Source: Spongospora subterranea f. sp. subterranea (taxonomy: Eukaryota). From it: a stretch of DNA of 64,000 nucleotides. The notes under the pieces were generated by a model. It was not told where the DNA came from. It ran no database searches and saw only the letters and a list, made by a program, of their open reading frames with translations. Where the stretch lies: NCBI GenBank assembly GCA_049724395.1, contig JAUGWO010000123.1:1-64000 (forward strand), written 5' to 3'. Shown here in pieces: positions 46,033 through 59,552 of this stretch. How positions within the stretch are numbered: position 1 is the stretch's first letter; each line of letters starts with the position of its first letter. A program made the position numbers and the translations under genes.

Positions 46033-48094
46033 GACAAAAAATCGAATTTGAATTCGTCCGATTGCCACAACGTGACGTTTGGACTGCATTCAACTCAGAA
46101 GCAACAACAACAGTACTGTTGCGACCAATATGGCTACCCTTTGACTCCAATTGGCCCTGTTTCTCTACTTTACAATCCTTAACCCAAACATTAAAGTCCC
46201 ATATACTTCCAGTAGTAATGGAAACAAGTTAACCCCCGATATTGTCAGTTCGATGATGATTTTGATGCCATTGAAGTCATTTTCAAGAAATGCAATAGGG
46301 TACTGTAATCAATTGCAGCAAAGAAAACCGAATTAACCATGTCTGTAATTATTAATCAATATTTGAAACTAAAGTTGCGGTATTGTAATTCAGCTCTTAT
46401 CCATATCAAGTGTCTAACTACTTGACAGTGGGTCGAGTCTCAAAATGTGGACATGACAATTGTGTCCCATTTGGGATTTCACGCTCAGATTCTTCCCCAT
46501 TTTTTTGAAAGCAAATACCTGGCAGTAGGGACTGGCATAAAGATTCATTTCAAGATATGATGCAATAATCGGAAGATGCCTGGCAGTAGGGACTGGCATA
46601 AAGAGAAGTGTTTGGAGGAGGTCATCGTTCCTGACCCAAAATCGAAGGCCATCAAAGTAGTCGTCGACAATCCGCTGAACAAAATAATACGCACCACCCA
46701 CGAGCCTTTCAGTAGCAAGTTCAAAGTAGTTTATCTAGGCAGCAGACGCAATCTCCAAACAACCAACAGCAATTGTGTTTGCTCGCTTACGTAAGACAAT
46801 GAATCATTGGGCCTACAGGGTCCATGATACGATTAATTTGTCAGCAAACTGATTTTCCATAATATGATAACACAGCAAGCATGTTACTCAGACACCAAAC
46901 CTTAATTGATTTATTGCAGTGTTAATGAAAAATGTCCTATGAGTTGCTTTTTTCGCTGCCCGACAAATGCACTGCGAGAGCGAGACCTGTTCAGGACGAT
47001 GGCAACGGTTTTCCAGGACGGCAAGTGCTTCCGATTATAATTGAGCGAGAATTATGTGTGAGACGGAGATGTGTTCAAAACTATGGCAATGCTGTGTCAG
47101 CGAGAGTGTTGAGCAAGATTGCGGTAGCAAAGCTTGGTTCAAACCAGAACGAGGATCTGGCTGAGCAGAAAAAAACGTCAACGGGAACGGAACGGCAAGA
47201 AATATCTCAAGTAGGATTCATTTGTAGAATTCGCGCCGATTGTCTCTTTTCAAAAATAGACAACACCATGTCGTGTACTGGCTTTGTCTCGTCTTGATCT
47301 CTCCTGGCTCCGATTCGCCCCGTAATTCCGATCCATCGGTTTTGTCCGAACGCAGAATGTTGCTGGAGAGGGTTTGACGTTTGCTGAATAGTCTGTTGTT
47401 GACTTGGCCACTGTCAGAAACCAGACCAACAGGTGAGTATCAATTTTGGACAAACGCGATGTTTTTTGTTTGTTGAGAATCGATTCTCTGTGGCTTGATG
47501 ATGTCAAGAAAAATTGATTGTTAGCGGGAAATCTACACATGCAAGATCCGATTGCCCCTTAAAGATGGCGGTAAGCGTCGCCGTAACAGCAACCAAGAAT
47601 ACCTGTCAATAATGGAGGATGCTTACAACTTCGTTTGATGGAAGGCAAGGCGGCGAACAATCGTGGCGGGACAGAAGCTGTGTAGATCGGTTGGGCACCA
47701 GCACTGGATGAATAAAGACTTTGTCACGTTTTTGGACGGCAGGAACTGTCGAACTCGGTGATTTCGACTGCGAAACAATCCAGATGTTCGATGATAAACT
47801 TGAGACATGTTGTCCATTTTAATCGCCAAAGCATAGCTCCCACTGTCCCTATAACTTGTTTTTCACCTTTGCCCTGCACAAGGATCGAATATTTCGATTG
47901 TAACCTGAGCTCCGAGAGAATATCATGAATTCTGCACTCAAAAGACGAGATGGCGAACCTGTGGCGGCAAGGCCATGGCGCAACCTGTGTGTTGGACCGT
48001 GTTATTGTCCGTAGTCCGTAACGCTGCTCCGCCCTGCCCTTCTCCTCTGGCCTTCCCAACCATCGCTAATCGCCAGACTTGATCATCTCGCCGG

Positions 48095-50950
48095 ATGGCC
48101 AGCCCTGTCAAGCTGTCCAATGCCAATCCCCCAACGTCAGTATTTTGACAGCCTTTCATGAAAGTCAAAGCAGTGATTTTTCGTTTACAGGGCTCTTCCA
48201 TTACAGCTGATTGAGCAAATTGGCCGAGGAACCTACGGCACTGTCTGGAAAGCGTTTGATGTTGACGACAGATTGGTGGCTTTGAAGCGTCTTGCAATGG
48301 ATAAAGAGACAGATGGTGTTAGTAATTTTCGAGTCATACTATCTCCCCGTCATTATAACAGTTTTCTAGTTTCCAATCACGTCCGTCCGTGAGGTTAAGG
48401 TTCTACAGTGTGTTCAACATCCAAATATCATTCGTCTGGAATCATGTCACACATCTATGGGTACGCTGTCCTCAGCCACTTGTGTCGAATTTCGCTTTCA
48501 TTGTTCAGCCGAATAACAAATGTGCTGACCTCGTCTCTGTCATGTGTTGCGTTCGTCCTCTTGTTTTCATTATGTGCTTTCATCTCTGTTCCCCTTTGCG
48601 GATTGTACTCACTGGTTATTCTTGTTTGAAAATTAGCAGACTCGGTGATAAATTTCTATTTGAGTCGCTTTCTCTCAAAGGTTCATCTGTTTGTTCATTT
48701 CATAATAATTTGATGTTCGCTTCGATCTGCGAAATTGGCTCAATAACAACACCGCCAGTTAACACCAATCACGTGTCTGACACTTTTTTAATCAGACGGT
48801 CATTTATATCGGCCAGGTGCCTGTGTAGATCTTGTATTCCCATACATGGAACATGATCTTGCAGGGATCCTCGAGCAACAATCCATCCAGCTCTCACCAT
48901 CTTTGATCAAGTATTATCTGCACGAAATTTTGGTCGGTTTGCGCTATCTCCATGCTAATCACGTTATGCATCGTGACATAAAAGGTGAAGCATTCAACGG
49001 ACACTAGTGGAATTGGTGTTTATCGTTGTGCTTGTCGTTTAATCTTGGCTTAATGTTTGTGTTTTTTTAGCATCAAATATTCTAATCAATAATAATGGGT
49101 CTGTGAGGATCGCGGATTTTGGCTTGGCTCGGTTCACAGATGTTCGATGTCAAGAGTACACTAACAGGGTTGTAACAATGTGGTATCGACCACCGGAACT
49201 GTTTCTTGGCGCGCAGGTACCATTCTTTTTTGATCATCCGAGTTTCTTCCTGTTTCTAAATGTGATCATGGATCAAGTCCATGTTGATATTGAAGACATT
49301 GATTCCTTGTACATTTTTTATGTGTTAGGCGTATGATTACTCTATTGATATGTGGTCTGTTGGTTGTATTATGGCCGAGATGTTGACCAAGGTCCATCCA
49401 TTTGCTGGTACCAGTGAATTGGACACACTCGATCGCATCTTCAGGTTGTGTGGCACACCGGATCCAGTTTCATGGCCGGGTTTCACTCAAATGCCATGGT
49501 ATTCAAGCCTGAAGCCAAGGTCCGTTCACTCACTATATAATTGCGCTTTTGCTACGGTTCATCTCGTTCTAGTTTAGCTCTTGATTCATTACTAAAAAGT
49601 CAGGTTGGTTGAGTTTGTTACATCATCAGTTTTGACGTTTTTGACCGCTCTACCTGCCCTAGCTTTTTTCTTTGGATAGTTGCATCCGTTGTCCTTCTAT
49701 ACATCATCGTATTTTTCTGCTGATTTCATGCTATTTTTAATCTAAGCTTTTTCTTCACGACTTTGTTTCTTACTGCTTTTTACTGGTTCAGATGGTACCA
49801 ATCTCTATTTAGTCTCATGCTACTTTTCCAGGAAACCGAGGACTCGTCAGTTCGAAAATGTCTACAAGGTCCGTTATTTTTCCATCGTGATCTTGCGATT
49901 CTTCGTTATTAAGTTTTTACTTGTGAAAGGAGCTTCCTGCTGACGCATTATCGCTTCTTCAAGGGCTTCTTTGTTTGGATCCTAACCAGCGTCTTACTGC
50001 GCAAAGCGCCCTCAGTAATGGCATATTATCTTTTTGTTTCCCTTTTCAACATGTAGTCGTTTTCTATCGTAAATTGCTGTCTGTTTTAATCTTTGACTGT
50101 TTTCTTTGCAGAGCACGAATATTTCAGAGCTACCCCGTTTCCAATACGACGCACTGAACACCCGCGATTTCCACATTCTCACGAGTTCAAGTGCCGACAG
50201 CTTCGTGCTCTGCGCAAACATCGCCGTGATCCAAATTCATACCAGGGTGCCATGGCGATGACCGAGTTAGATTCTGCTCGCAAAGTCGCGTCACCAAGGG
50301 TGAAAGTCAGCCCAGCAGCCGTTCAGGTTGGGCCCTCTCCAGATCGCAGGCGGAGATCCAGGTTTGGACCTATTGGCATCGGCGACAACGACAAGTCTCA
50401 ACAACTCAAAATTTCTGAATCTAATTTTGCACAATGCTTTGCTGATACGAAGGAGCATTGTTTCCGGGATAGGACTCAAACACATGATTATGGTGATAGC
50501 AGATCGGCTCATCATTTTGACGGTCGGCATACAACGCAACGTCGTGATGATTCGAGAGCGTCGCGCAGGTATGAAAAAAGGGTCGACCGTCATCTTGAAA
50601 TCAAACCAGCTTTCAACCATCGAAAAAGAGACTCTTTTCCAGATTTTTCTGGTCATTGTGACGAGGATTTTCTCAGGCAACATCCTCGTCACCCTGAGCG
50701 CTCAACGCGAGACGATCGGCTCGTTGAATCGTCACTTCAACAGCGATCCAGGAGTCATCGTTCGTCAGATTCTGGATCTCGGAGTGGTTCTCGTGATCTC
50801 GATGAAGATCGTTATACTAGCTCAGATAAATTTTTCAGAGAGGCAAAGTATCACAACCACAAGCAATTACGGCGCCGTATATCATACGATTCAGATGAGA
50901 AAAACAAGTACTCCGACAGATATCAACCCAGTGTTCGACAGAAGCGATGA
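48095..50950 (+). CDS. Cyclin-dependent kinase, CDK9/CDK12-like, multi-exon, with an Arg/Ser/Asp-rich tail; start approximate
   Basis: [67 protein letters not shown]. Exons are separated by GT-AG introns. Confidence 0.9.
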
Positions 50951-52569
50951 GCCTCCCATATGTGAATAATAAATGTCATCAATTTTCAAGTAATTTAAAC
51001 TTGCTCTGCCATTCAAAAGTACTTTCCTAGTTTGACCATTTGTTAATGACTACCGTAGATCATATCGGTAATTATGTTATACAACTGGTTTGAATTTACA
51101 CGCACTTGGCCAATGTGTTTAGAAATCACCATGAAACGGGACGATTTTTGCTACGTCATTTCGGGATGTTCGCCGCATAACAATCCTTTAAATGTCGCAA
51201 CAGATGTACCAATCGTGTCACCGTCCAAACTATTTGTATGATTGAATTATCATGTTGATGATATGGCATAATGCCAGGCGTCTTTTGGCGGTGGCCAGGG
51301 TCAATTTCTGGTGTCCAATGCCTTGAGTTTATTACTCCATGCGATTAAATTTCAAAAATACTCGGGCTTTGTTTTCTCCTTATAATAGCTGTATAACAAA
51401 ATTGAACTGAACTCATCATGTGCTAAGACAATAATCTATTCAGAACTGTTCGCCTTGTAGCTCTTCATGGTATCCCCGGTTAAAAACGAGCTTGAACCTT
51501 GCATGGCATTATGAGGTCACTCAACGCGATATTTTTTTGAAAGAACAGACACCAGCCTTTATGCGATTGATTGAACAAAACAAAAAAGCAAATATACAGC
51601 AAAAGGCTGACGGTTTTCATCCTGCAGGTTTCTGATCTGGATGCGACCGCACCCAGATCAGCAGTCGTTGGAAGTATCAGGTTCCCACGTTTGGACTTGT
51701 GCCATATTTAGAGGTGCTCACTTGACACACATTTGTCGCACCCACCAGACCATGGCAGGCGGCTAAAGCAGTTGGAAAACGTATAAATGTTTCATCCGGG
51801 TGGACAAGGGTTGATATTTCAAAATGGGATATAGTTGATGAAGACCATTTTATTGATCAGCAGGTAGGCCACGACATAAACCATTTTTTCAGATTGTAGT
51901 CGTGCGAATATCCCTCAATCTAGCCAGTGGACTAATCGAGGAGTCTCGCGCCGAAATCGTTTTAATATGCTAATCGAACCCGCGTTGCATAGGCTTATGT
52001 CGTTTTGTAATTCGGCGACTCTTGTTAATGTTCATCGCACGAACAATGCCTTCGCTTCGTTGCACCAATTCTGGTCTTATCAACTTTCAAAGGATCCCCT
52101 GAACAGAAATACGAAATCATTGATGGACTGAAACGTTCAGTTCTGGATTATGACCGAATGAAGGAGTTGCTGAGCAGCACCCGAGCATATTCAGTTTTAA
52201 GTCGTGTCGGGTCGGGGACCTGTGGGCGGGATGCGCAAGGCGCCCACTCGCCCAAGTTCATGGAACTCGAAAAGAATCCTGCTGGAGGAGAGCCGACGCC
52301 TCATCATGGACGCCGATAGCGCATGGTTTGCAGTCGACGACGACTTGATCAGTTCAAAAGCACAAGTTGTTCAAGTCAAGACTTTACGCCAAAGGAAGGC
52401 TGGCAAAGAAGGCAACAACAGCTAATGTCCTGGCTGACGGCCAAACCAAATAGTCCAGCAAATCTATGTTGATACAAGGGTCATTAAACAAGGAGGAGAT
52501 TGTTCAGTTGTAAAAAAAACAGAACTAAGAGCACCATTGACGTTTTTCAATTCCGAAAAAGGCCAGTGA

Positions 52570-54363
52570 TTGAGATTGTCGCGCGGCAATCATGTTCCTG
52601 TCCTCAGCGCGATTGACCCTAAGACAAAACAACCGTTCAAAAAACAACCGTTCAAACGAGCTCGACGGGTGCGTGCTATGCACAAAAGAAGTAGTGCAAT
52701 ACGCGCCATCAGTTCATGTGCACATCCATTGTGTGGAACACAGCCGACGACATGGGCTGTTACTTTTCAACAGCGAAAGAAAATGGCGACAGTGTGAGAT
52801 ACTGCCAGCGCTAGAAGAAAATATTTGATATCGGACGAACATCGAGAGGTTCGGAGACAACGTCGGCAGAAGCAGTCAACATCACCTGCTTTTGATTTCA
52901 ATGACTGACAGACGGGAGATATCGATGAAAACGTGTTTTTGGGCAATGTTCCTCAACTTGTTGATTGGGAACGAGCAAATGTGGTTTATCAAACATTTGG
53001 TGTCGAAAGTCACATACTAAAATCGAAGTGACCAAATGAACAAGGGGAAAAGTGCATTCTGTTTCTTGAGAAAGCGTCATCCAGATCATACGATTGCATC
53101 ATTGTATTGTGAGCGACTCAAAAATGCCCAGCCATGTCAAGACCTATACTGATGGACATGAGCGCCCAGATGTTGTTGAGTATCGTAAACGGTACGACAC
53201 TCCCAACCCTTTGCGTTTACACTTTAGCCCACTTTGCTACTTTTATTAGGTTTTTAGAGTTATTTGCCAAGCTTTACTCTCGCATGGACAAGTACGAGGG
53301 CGATAACATGGAAAGTGTGATTCCTGCCGAAGTTCTTCCAAACAAAAGTTCCCTAGTGTTATTAACTCACGATGAGACTTGCTTTCTGAATCAAATGACA
53401 GTAAGAAGACAATTTGGTTAGAAGGCGATCGTCAGATTTTGAGGCCAAAAGGATCTGGCAGATCCATTATGGTGTCCCAGTTTTTGTGCCAGTGCCATGG
53501 GAATATGGAAGTTTTGCTGACGAATGAGATTGCTGAAGCATTCCCAGACATCACAGCTTTTGGATCAGTTGGCTCAACCATTGCAACTCTCAAGTTGATA
53601 AAACCAGGTAAAAACGCAGATGGATATTGGACCAACAGGGATCTTGTGGAGCAGACGAAATTAGCGCTGATTGTCTTTCGGGTGCTTCATCCTAATTCCA
53701 AGCCAGTTTTCGCTTTCGATAACTTGCAAAATCACCGAGCTATCCGCCTGATGGGCTTGTTGCTTTAAGGTTAAATCTGTTCGATGGTGGAAAAAATGTA
53801 GCGCATGTGAGGTCAGGATGGTATGTTTCCGGTGGAGAACGGGTTACTCAAGACATGCAATTTACCAATGAGTTTGGTTATGCAATTAACGGTCTTGTCC
53901 AAAAAGGAATTCGTCAGATTCTCACCGAAAGGCGCCTTTGGCCCACTTCTGGGATGAGCCTGAATGATGCGCGTCTGCTGCTGTCGAGTCAACCCGATTT
54001 CCATTCGCAACAAGAATGGTTAGAAGAAACAGTGTCGAGCAGAGGAGGCATAATCATTTTTTACCCCAAGTTCCACCCAGAGTTCAACTGGATCGAAATG
54101 TTTGGGGCGCAACGAAAAAGTACACTCGAAAGCACTGCACTTATTCGTTTAAGGATTTGGAGAGGGTAATTCCAATAGCGCTGAAAGTGACAACAATTGC
54201 CACGATGAGACGGTTTGTCAGGAAATCCTTCCGGTATATGGATGCTTATAGGGAGAAAAATGGGCTATTTCTCAACAACCGGCAAGTTGAATACGCTGTC
54301 AAGAAATATCGCTCGCACAGGACTATCCCTCAATCAGTATTGGATGATTTGGATGACCTTTAA
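52570..54363 (+). pseudogene. IS630/Tc1-like DDE transposase, frameshifted
   Basis: GHERPDVVEYR, THDETCF, RPKGSGRSIMVS, PGKNADGYW, FAFDN, FYPKFHPEFNWIE, KKYRSHR. Confidence 0.8.
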
Positions 54364-54586
54364 TTTTCATATATACACTTAAGTGTACATTAAAATTGTC
54401 AAATATAATTGGACTAGGGTTTGAAATTGTCGGTTTAAGGTGATCGCCACTGTACAGTACTCGAAATGTTCCTGTGATGTTTTCGAATTGAAGAATGAAG
54501 AACATGTGATTTTCTTAGCTGGAAGATGTGGAACTTGGTTGAAAGAAGAGTTTGTTAGCCTACATTTCCCCTATCAAACAGAATTA

Positions 54587-56321
54587 CTCCCTCCGATCAA
54601 CAATGATAGTCCGGTTCACGGAGTTTCTAAAACTCAATGCCAATTTTTCGAATATTTCCCAATAGAGTGTAGAATGACATAGAGCGCTCCTCTGTTCTAA
54701 ATCTTCTGGGGGCTGCGCAATATAGATTAGAAATGTATGGTTTTCAAAAAGCGCGGGCGATTTGACGCCAGTGTGTCATTTCAATATCTACCGCTCCCAT
54801 TACCATGCCAGGAGACGCCCAACCACCAAACCTTTCCAACGTTACCAATGAAGTTATAAATGGTATGGTACAGGCTCTGCTAAGACGACCTACGCACAAC
54901 ACACTTGAAAGGGGGACACTGTCCGATACAGCAGTCGCTTTTGGGCTTTCAACGAAGACGATTTCACGGATCTGGCACCGAGCCAAACAATGCTTTGAGA
55001 ATGGACAACAGTTTGCCGACGTTAGCTCTAAAATCAAAAGAAAAATCGGGTCGAAAACCGAAGTGCCGTGAGGAAATGAGTCAAATGATCGCTGAGGTTC
55101 CACTCAGGCGTCGGGGGACGATCAGAGGGCTTTCATATGCAACAGCAATTCCTGTAGGGACGCTGTTCAATATAATGAAAGAAAAGGTCCTCAAACGTGT
55201 TACAAGTTCAGTAAAGCCGTTACTGACAGAAGAAAACAAACGGCAAAGGCTTCGATTTGCTCTATCAATGCTCTCTAATGAATCGACTGCTTTCCAGTCG
55301 ATGTATGATTACGTTCATATTGATGAGAAGTGGTTTTATATGACCAAAACCAAAAGCAATTACTATCTCTTGCCAGAAGAAGATGTTCCACATCGATCGG
55401 TCAAAAGCAAGCGATTTATTGCCAAGGTGATGTTTCTGGCAGCAGTTGCGAGGCCTCGGCACGACCCTCACACCAAAAAGCAGTTCGACGGTAAGATCGG
55501 TATCTGGCCTTTCGTTGTCCAGGAGCCCGCGAAACGAATTCGAAGAATTGCAAAAAGGCACCATGGTCACAAAGCCAATTGAAGTCACCAGGCCAGTATA
55601 CGTGAAAATGATCACAGAGAATGTGATTGAGGCTATTAAAAACAAGTGGCCTATTGGAAGTAAAAGCATGCAAATCAGAATTCAACAGGACAATGCTCGA
55701 CCGCATGCAAGTATTAACGATCCAGCAATTATTGACGCTGGCACGTCAATGGATGGAATATTGTCTTGACATGCCAGCCTCCCAATAGTCCTGACTTTAA
55801 TGTCTTGGACCTGGGTTTGTTTAATGCCATTCAAGCCTTGCAGCACCAGGAGGCCCCAAGAAGCATCGACGAGCTTATTTCAGCAGTACAAAAGTCTTTC
55901 GACGACATGCCACCTGAAAAGCTGGACAATGTCTTCCTTTCTTTACAGAAAGCGATGGAATGTGCAATGAGAGTCGAGGGTGGAAATAACTATGCGGTTG
56001 CCCATATTGGAAAAGACAAGTTACGGTCACAAAATGCTCTTCCAGTTTCCATAATATGTGATCCAGACGCAATTGACAAGGCTAGAGATTTCCTAAATTC
56101 GTAATACAATTGGGTCGTCCGGTGTTGAATTTTGATTTGCATGCCCTTTACTTCCAATAGGCCTGACCATGGTGCCTTTTTTCGCGATTTTTCAAAGTTC
56201 GTTTCGACAACGAAAGGCCAGATACCGATCTTACACCTAATACTGTATAGGAATCGGACTACATATCATTGTTGAACTAAAACAATCCGCGAATCGGACT
56301 ATCATTGTTGAACGGAGGGAG
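54587..56321 (+). mobile_element. DD39D-type mariner element with Stowaway-like TIRs; frameshifted transposase at 54805-56104
   Basis: TA+ctccctccgatcaacaatgatagtccg on the left and cggactatcattgttgaacggagggag on the right (~36 bp, 3 mismatches). HIDEKWF, QQDNARPH, QPPNSPDFNVLDLG. Confidence 0.92.
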
Positions 56322-56803
56322 CACGTTTTATGCGAACTGTTTGACGTAATTCTTTCAAAATAAAATTGGACCAGGTTTCTAATGACCATATCTCACAACT
56401 CGTAAAACCACTACTAATATGCAGTAGATTCAAACTTTGTAAAGGCTCTCATATAATCGAAATATATTGAACGTGGTTTAGGGATAAGTGTTGAGTCATT
56501 TACCACGGGTTCGAAGAACCCTAGACCGTCCCTTATCAGAATTGTTTCTAAATAGAACTGCGACAAAGTTTGCTGGAACGATGTTTAATATCAATGTAAA
56601 CATTCTAACCTATATTCAAGCATCGTCGCTCTCACAATACTTGTTGTTAATTAAGCAACAGAAGTCGAACAGTTTGAAATCCTAATTTCATGGGTTGTCG
56701 CAAGAACAACAATTACGCTTCGAACCTTAACGAGCATCGAGATCTTGCGGTAGTCTTTTGCTAACTGGTTTACTAACGACTACAAAGAGTATTCCAACTA
56801 CAT

Positions 56804-58895
56804 TTATCTGACATCGGTGTCACAATTTTCTGGACAACTTGGAGGTACAATGGCAACACCATCCTCATCAACAACGCCTGGTTCGCGCCAATCACCTACC
56901 GCTTTTGTTTTAACAAGCGGCCCCTGACGTATGCGACCTTCGCTGCATGTCGCCAACATCTCCCAGGATTCTTGCTCCAGAGCCGACACCACCGTGTCGA
57001 TATTCTGCGACGACACTCCATTGTGTATGAGCATATCCTCGACAAGGTCATGACGATGGCCACCCCGTATTGTAGTGAACAGGGCCTGTATGGGAGCGGT
57101 CATATCCGAGAATACGTGTTTCAACCTATCAAGCTCTTCTTCATGATGACGCGTTTGAGTCATTACGGTCTCATTGCGACTGACTACAGATGCCATTCTC
57201 GTTACAGTCGACCTTTTCTTGTCGGAGTTGTCCCCGACAGTGAAACGTAGGTGATCGGCCGCGTGGCAGACACTGGCCAAGCTTCGGCGAAGTTCACCAG
57301 ACTCTTTCACTATACGTTGAATCTCGTTGAAATTTACGAGTTGCTTGACTTGGGCCAACTCGAATTGCGTGGCGATGTCGTCAATGTTTTCGCATCCGGA
57401 AATCTCCTGCAGCGCATCCAACACATTCTTGATCTGTTTATGTCGGTCGCTTGCTGCAACCAATAGAGCCTTATCACGGGCGATCCGCCACGCTGTTCGA
57501 GACATGATTTTCCGAATGCTCTCGTCAGGTGTTAGCTCAGCTCGCGTTCCGAAATACATTTCACCCTGTTCAAAAAATATTAGAAATATCCAAAATCGAT
57601 GGATTTAATTTTGTTGAGTTCTGTCCCGTCTGAAAACGAACACTGTGAGTTTTATGACGGAACAACCTTCTTTCTGATGATTTCTTCTTCTATCTCTCTG
57701 TGGCGTTCATCAAGTTCGGCGGTGTGGGCCCAGTCATCCACGAACTTCTCATTTTCTGCACGTGTTTGTATTCCCAACGGATGCAAGAACGTCGATATCA
57801 ATGCTTCCTGCTGCTGCTCCGCTTCTGCCATTCCGAGTAAAATGGAACGAATTGTCTCGCGTCGGGCACAGATTTGTTCCCGCATTCGGTTCAACATGCC
57901 AAGATCAGTTGCCCTTTCCAAATTCAAATCGTCGATCTGTTCACGCAAAGTTCTATTTCCAGTCTGAAGCGCATTGTTCCATCGCCTAGCGAAAGCTTAA
58001 CAACATCATCAACAACAAACAAAATGGAAGCGTCTTTAACTGAAAATACATTATGCATTCGACTTGAGTAAAAGCGTCGTATTGAACTCAATGTAGAAAG
58101 CAACTGGGGCGTCTATATGAAAAACGGCCGCGGAGAGATGATGTTCAAATTTCAAAACGCTGTGTAATGACCGTTCATTGAATGTAATCTTCAACAAAAG
58201 CCTGCTCAAATGCACTTGATTCATTGGAAACATCCATTTCGAATCAAATAAACTCAAGAACAGTCAAAACCAGATGTTGCTTCAGAAATCAAGGTACCTA
58301 GACATATCTAGACGATCATCCAAAAAAGCGGTGAGTTGCAACCGACGGCGAGCTGCAGGAGACGACGGCATGCGATCGTCGTTTTCAACTTCTGGTTGAC
58401 GTTCTTCGATCAAAGCCAATATCGTATCGATGTCGCCGTCCAACTCGGCAACGATTTCCAGTCCCTGACGGCGTGCATACTGACCGAGCGCGTCTGCATC
58501 GCGTAGTCGGTGCACGATTAAATCGCTCCTCTGAAGATCAGGAGGACGTAAAGACAATGCAGTCACATGCCGTTGAGTCATGGCAATATCGTATCTAAAC
58601 ATCAACCAAATCATCGACAGCAAAATTATTGATAATGTTCATGTTAATAAAAGGGTTTGACCAACGAATGGTCATATAACGACGATATGTTGGCAATCTG
58701 GTGCCAACATATTGAAGGCTTTGGGTCACGAAGAATCGCAAACAATAATTTCCTCAACATCAAATGTCTGATTAGGGGTGAAACACAATACCTAGCCAGA
58801 TGAGTTCCCCCTTCATAATCAGAAACAGTACGATGATGAAGCCTAGCCCTGACCACCGACTTGAGCGGTGCAGCCGAGTGTGCCCTACTTAGCAT
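56804..58895 (-). CDS. Coiled-coil protein resembling an outer dynein arm docking complex subunit (ODA1/CCDC114-like); multi-exon, 5' end uncertain
   Basis: LQEISGCENIDDIATQF...NFNEIQRI and NGVSSQNIDTVVSALEQ resemble the DC2-family pattern. Upstream coiled-coil exons at 57652-57948 and 58282-58595. Confidence 0.5.
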
Positions 58896-59552
58896 GGGTC
58901 AGGTCGAACACCTCCCGGTGCAGCAATTCCAGCTGGTCGTGCGCATCATCGATAAATGATTCCACACGCGACGTGGCGCTACACGGATCCACAACTAACG
59001 TCAATTTTGTTTTTCAGTAAGTTTCACCATTCCGGAAATACCTGGCATCTGTCGTGGTACCCCTTTTCGGTATGCGCTGTGCATGGGTAGGCAACAACGG
59101 CGTGCGAACTATGACCATAACGCTAGGTTGCTAACGTTCTGTGATGCTGAAAATCCCAATGGTATGCCGATGATGGGTCATATAAAGGTCAGATAACGAT
59201 CATTCCTGTACACTTCATAACGGGTTGATTTACTACAGTCGGAGCGATTGGGCCAAAAAATTGTTCAGCTAGTACAAAACGCAAGTTGGGATAGAGTTAC
59301 ATACTTAAATAACAAAGTATGATGGAGACTCAGAAACTACAAAAACAATTCGAAAAATTCTGCCTGCAGCATTTTTTCGCAATGACTACAGATATTCATT
59401 CAAAGGTTCCTTATGCTTGTTTACAATCTAGCCACAAGTGGTCTAGGATCGACAGATTGAAGTGCTCTATATTTACTTAATTATAATATGCGTTGTGATT
59501 GGTTTGGGACAATGTGGCGGTCAGCAATCGACTAAATACGGTTCAACAATTT

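Noticed and set aside
46400..47830. Possible spliced minus-strand gene divergent from the CDK, and a 26-bp direct repeat at 46518/46579
   Set aside because: Could not build a consistent exon chain or assign a family.
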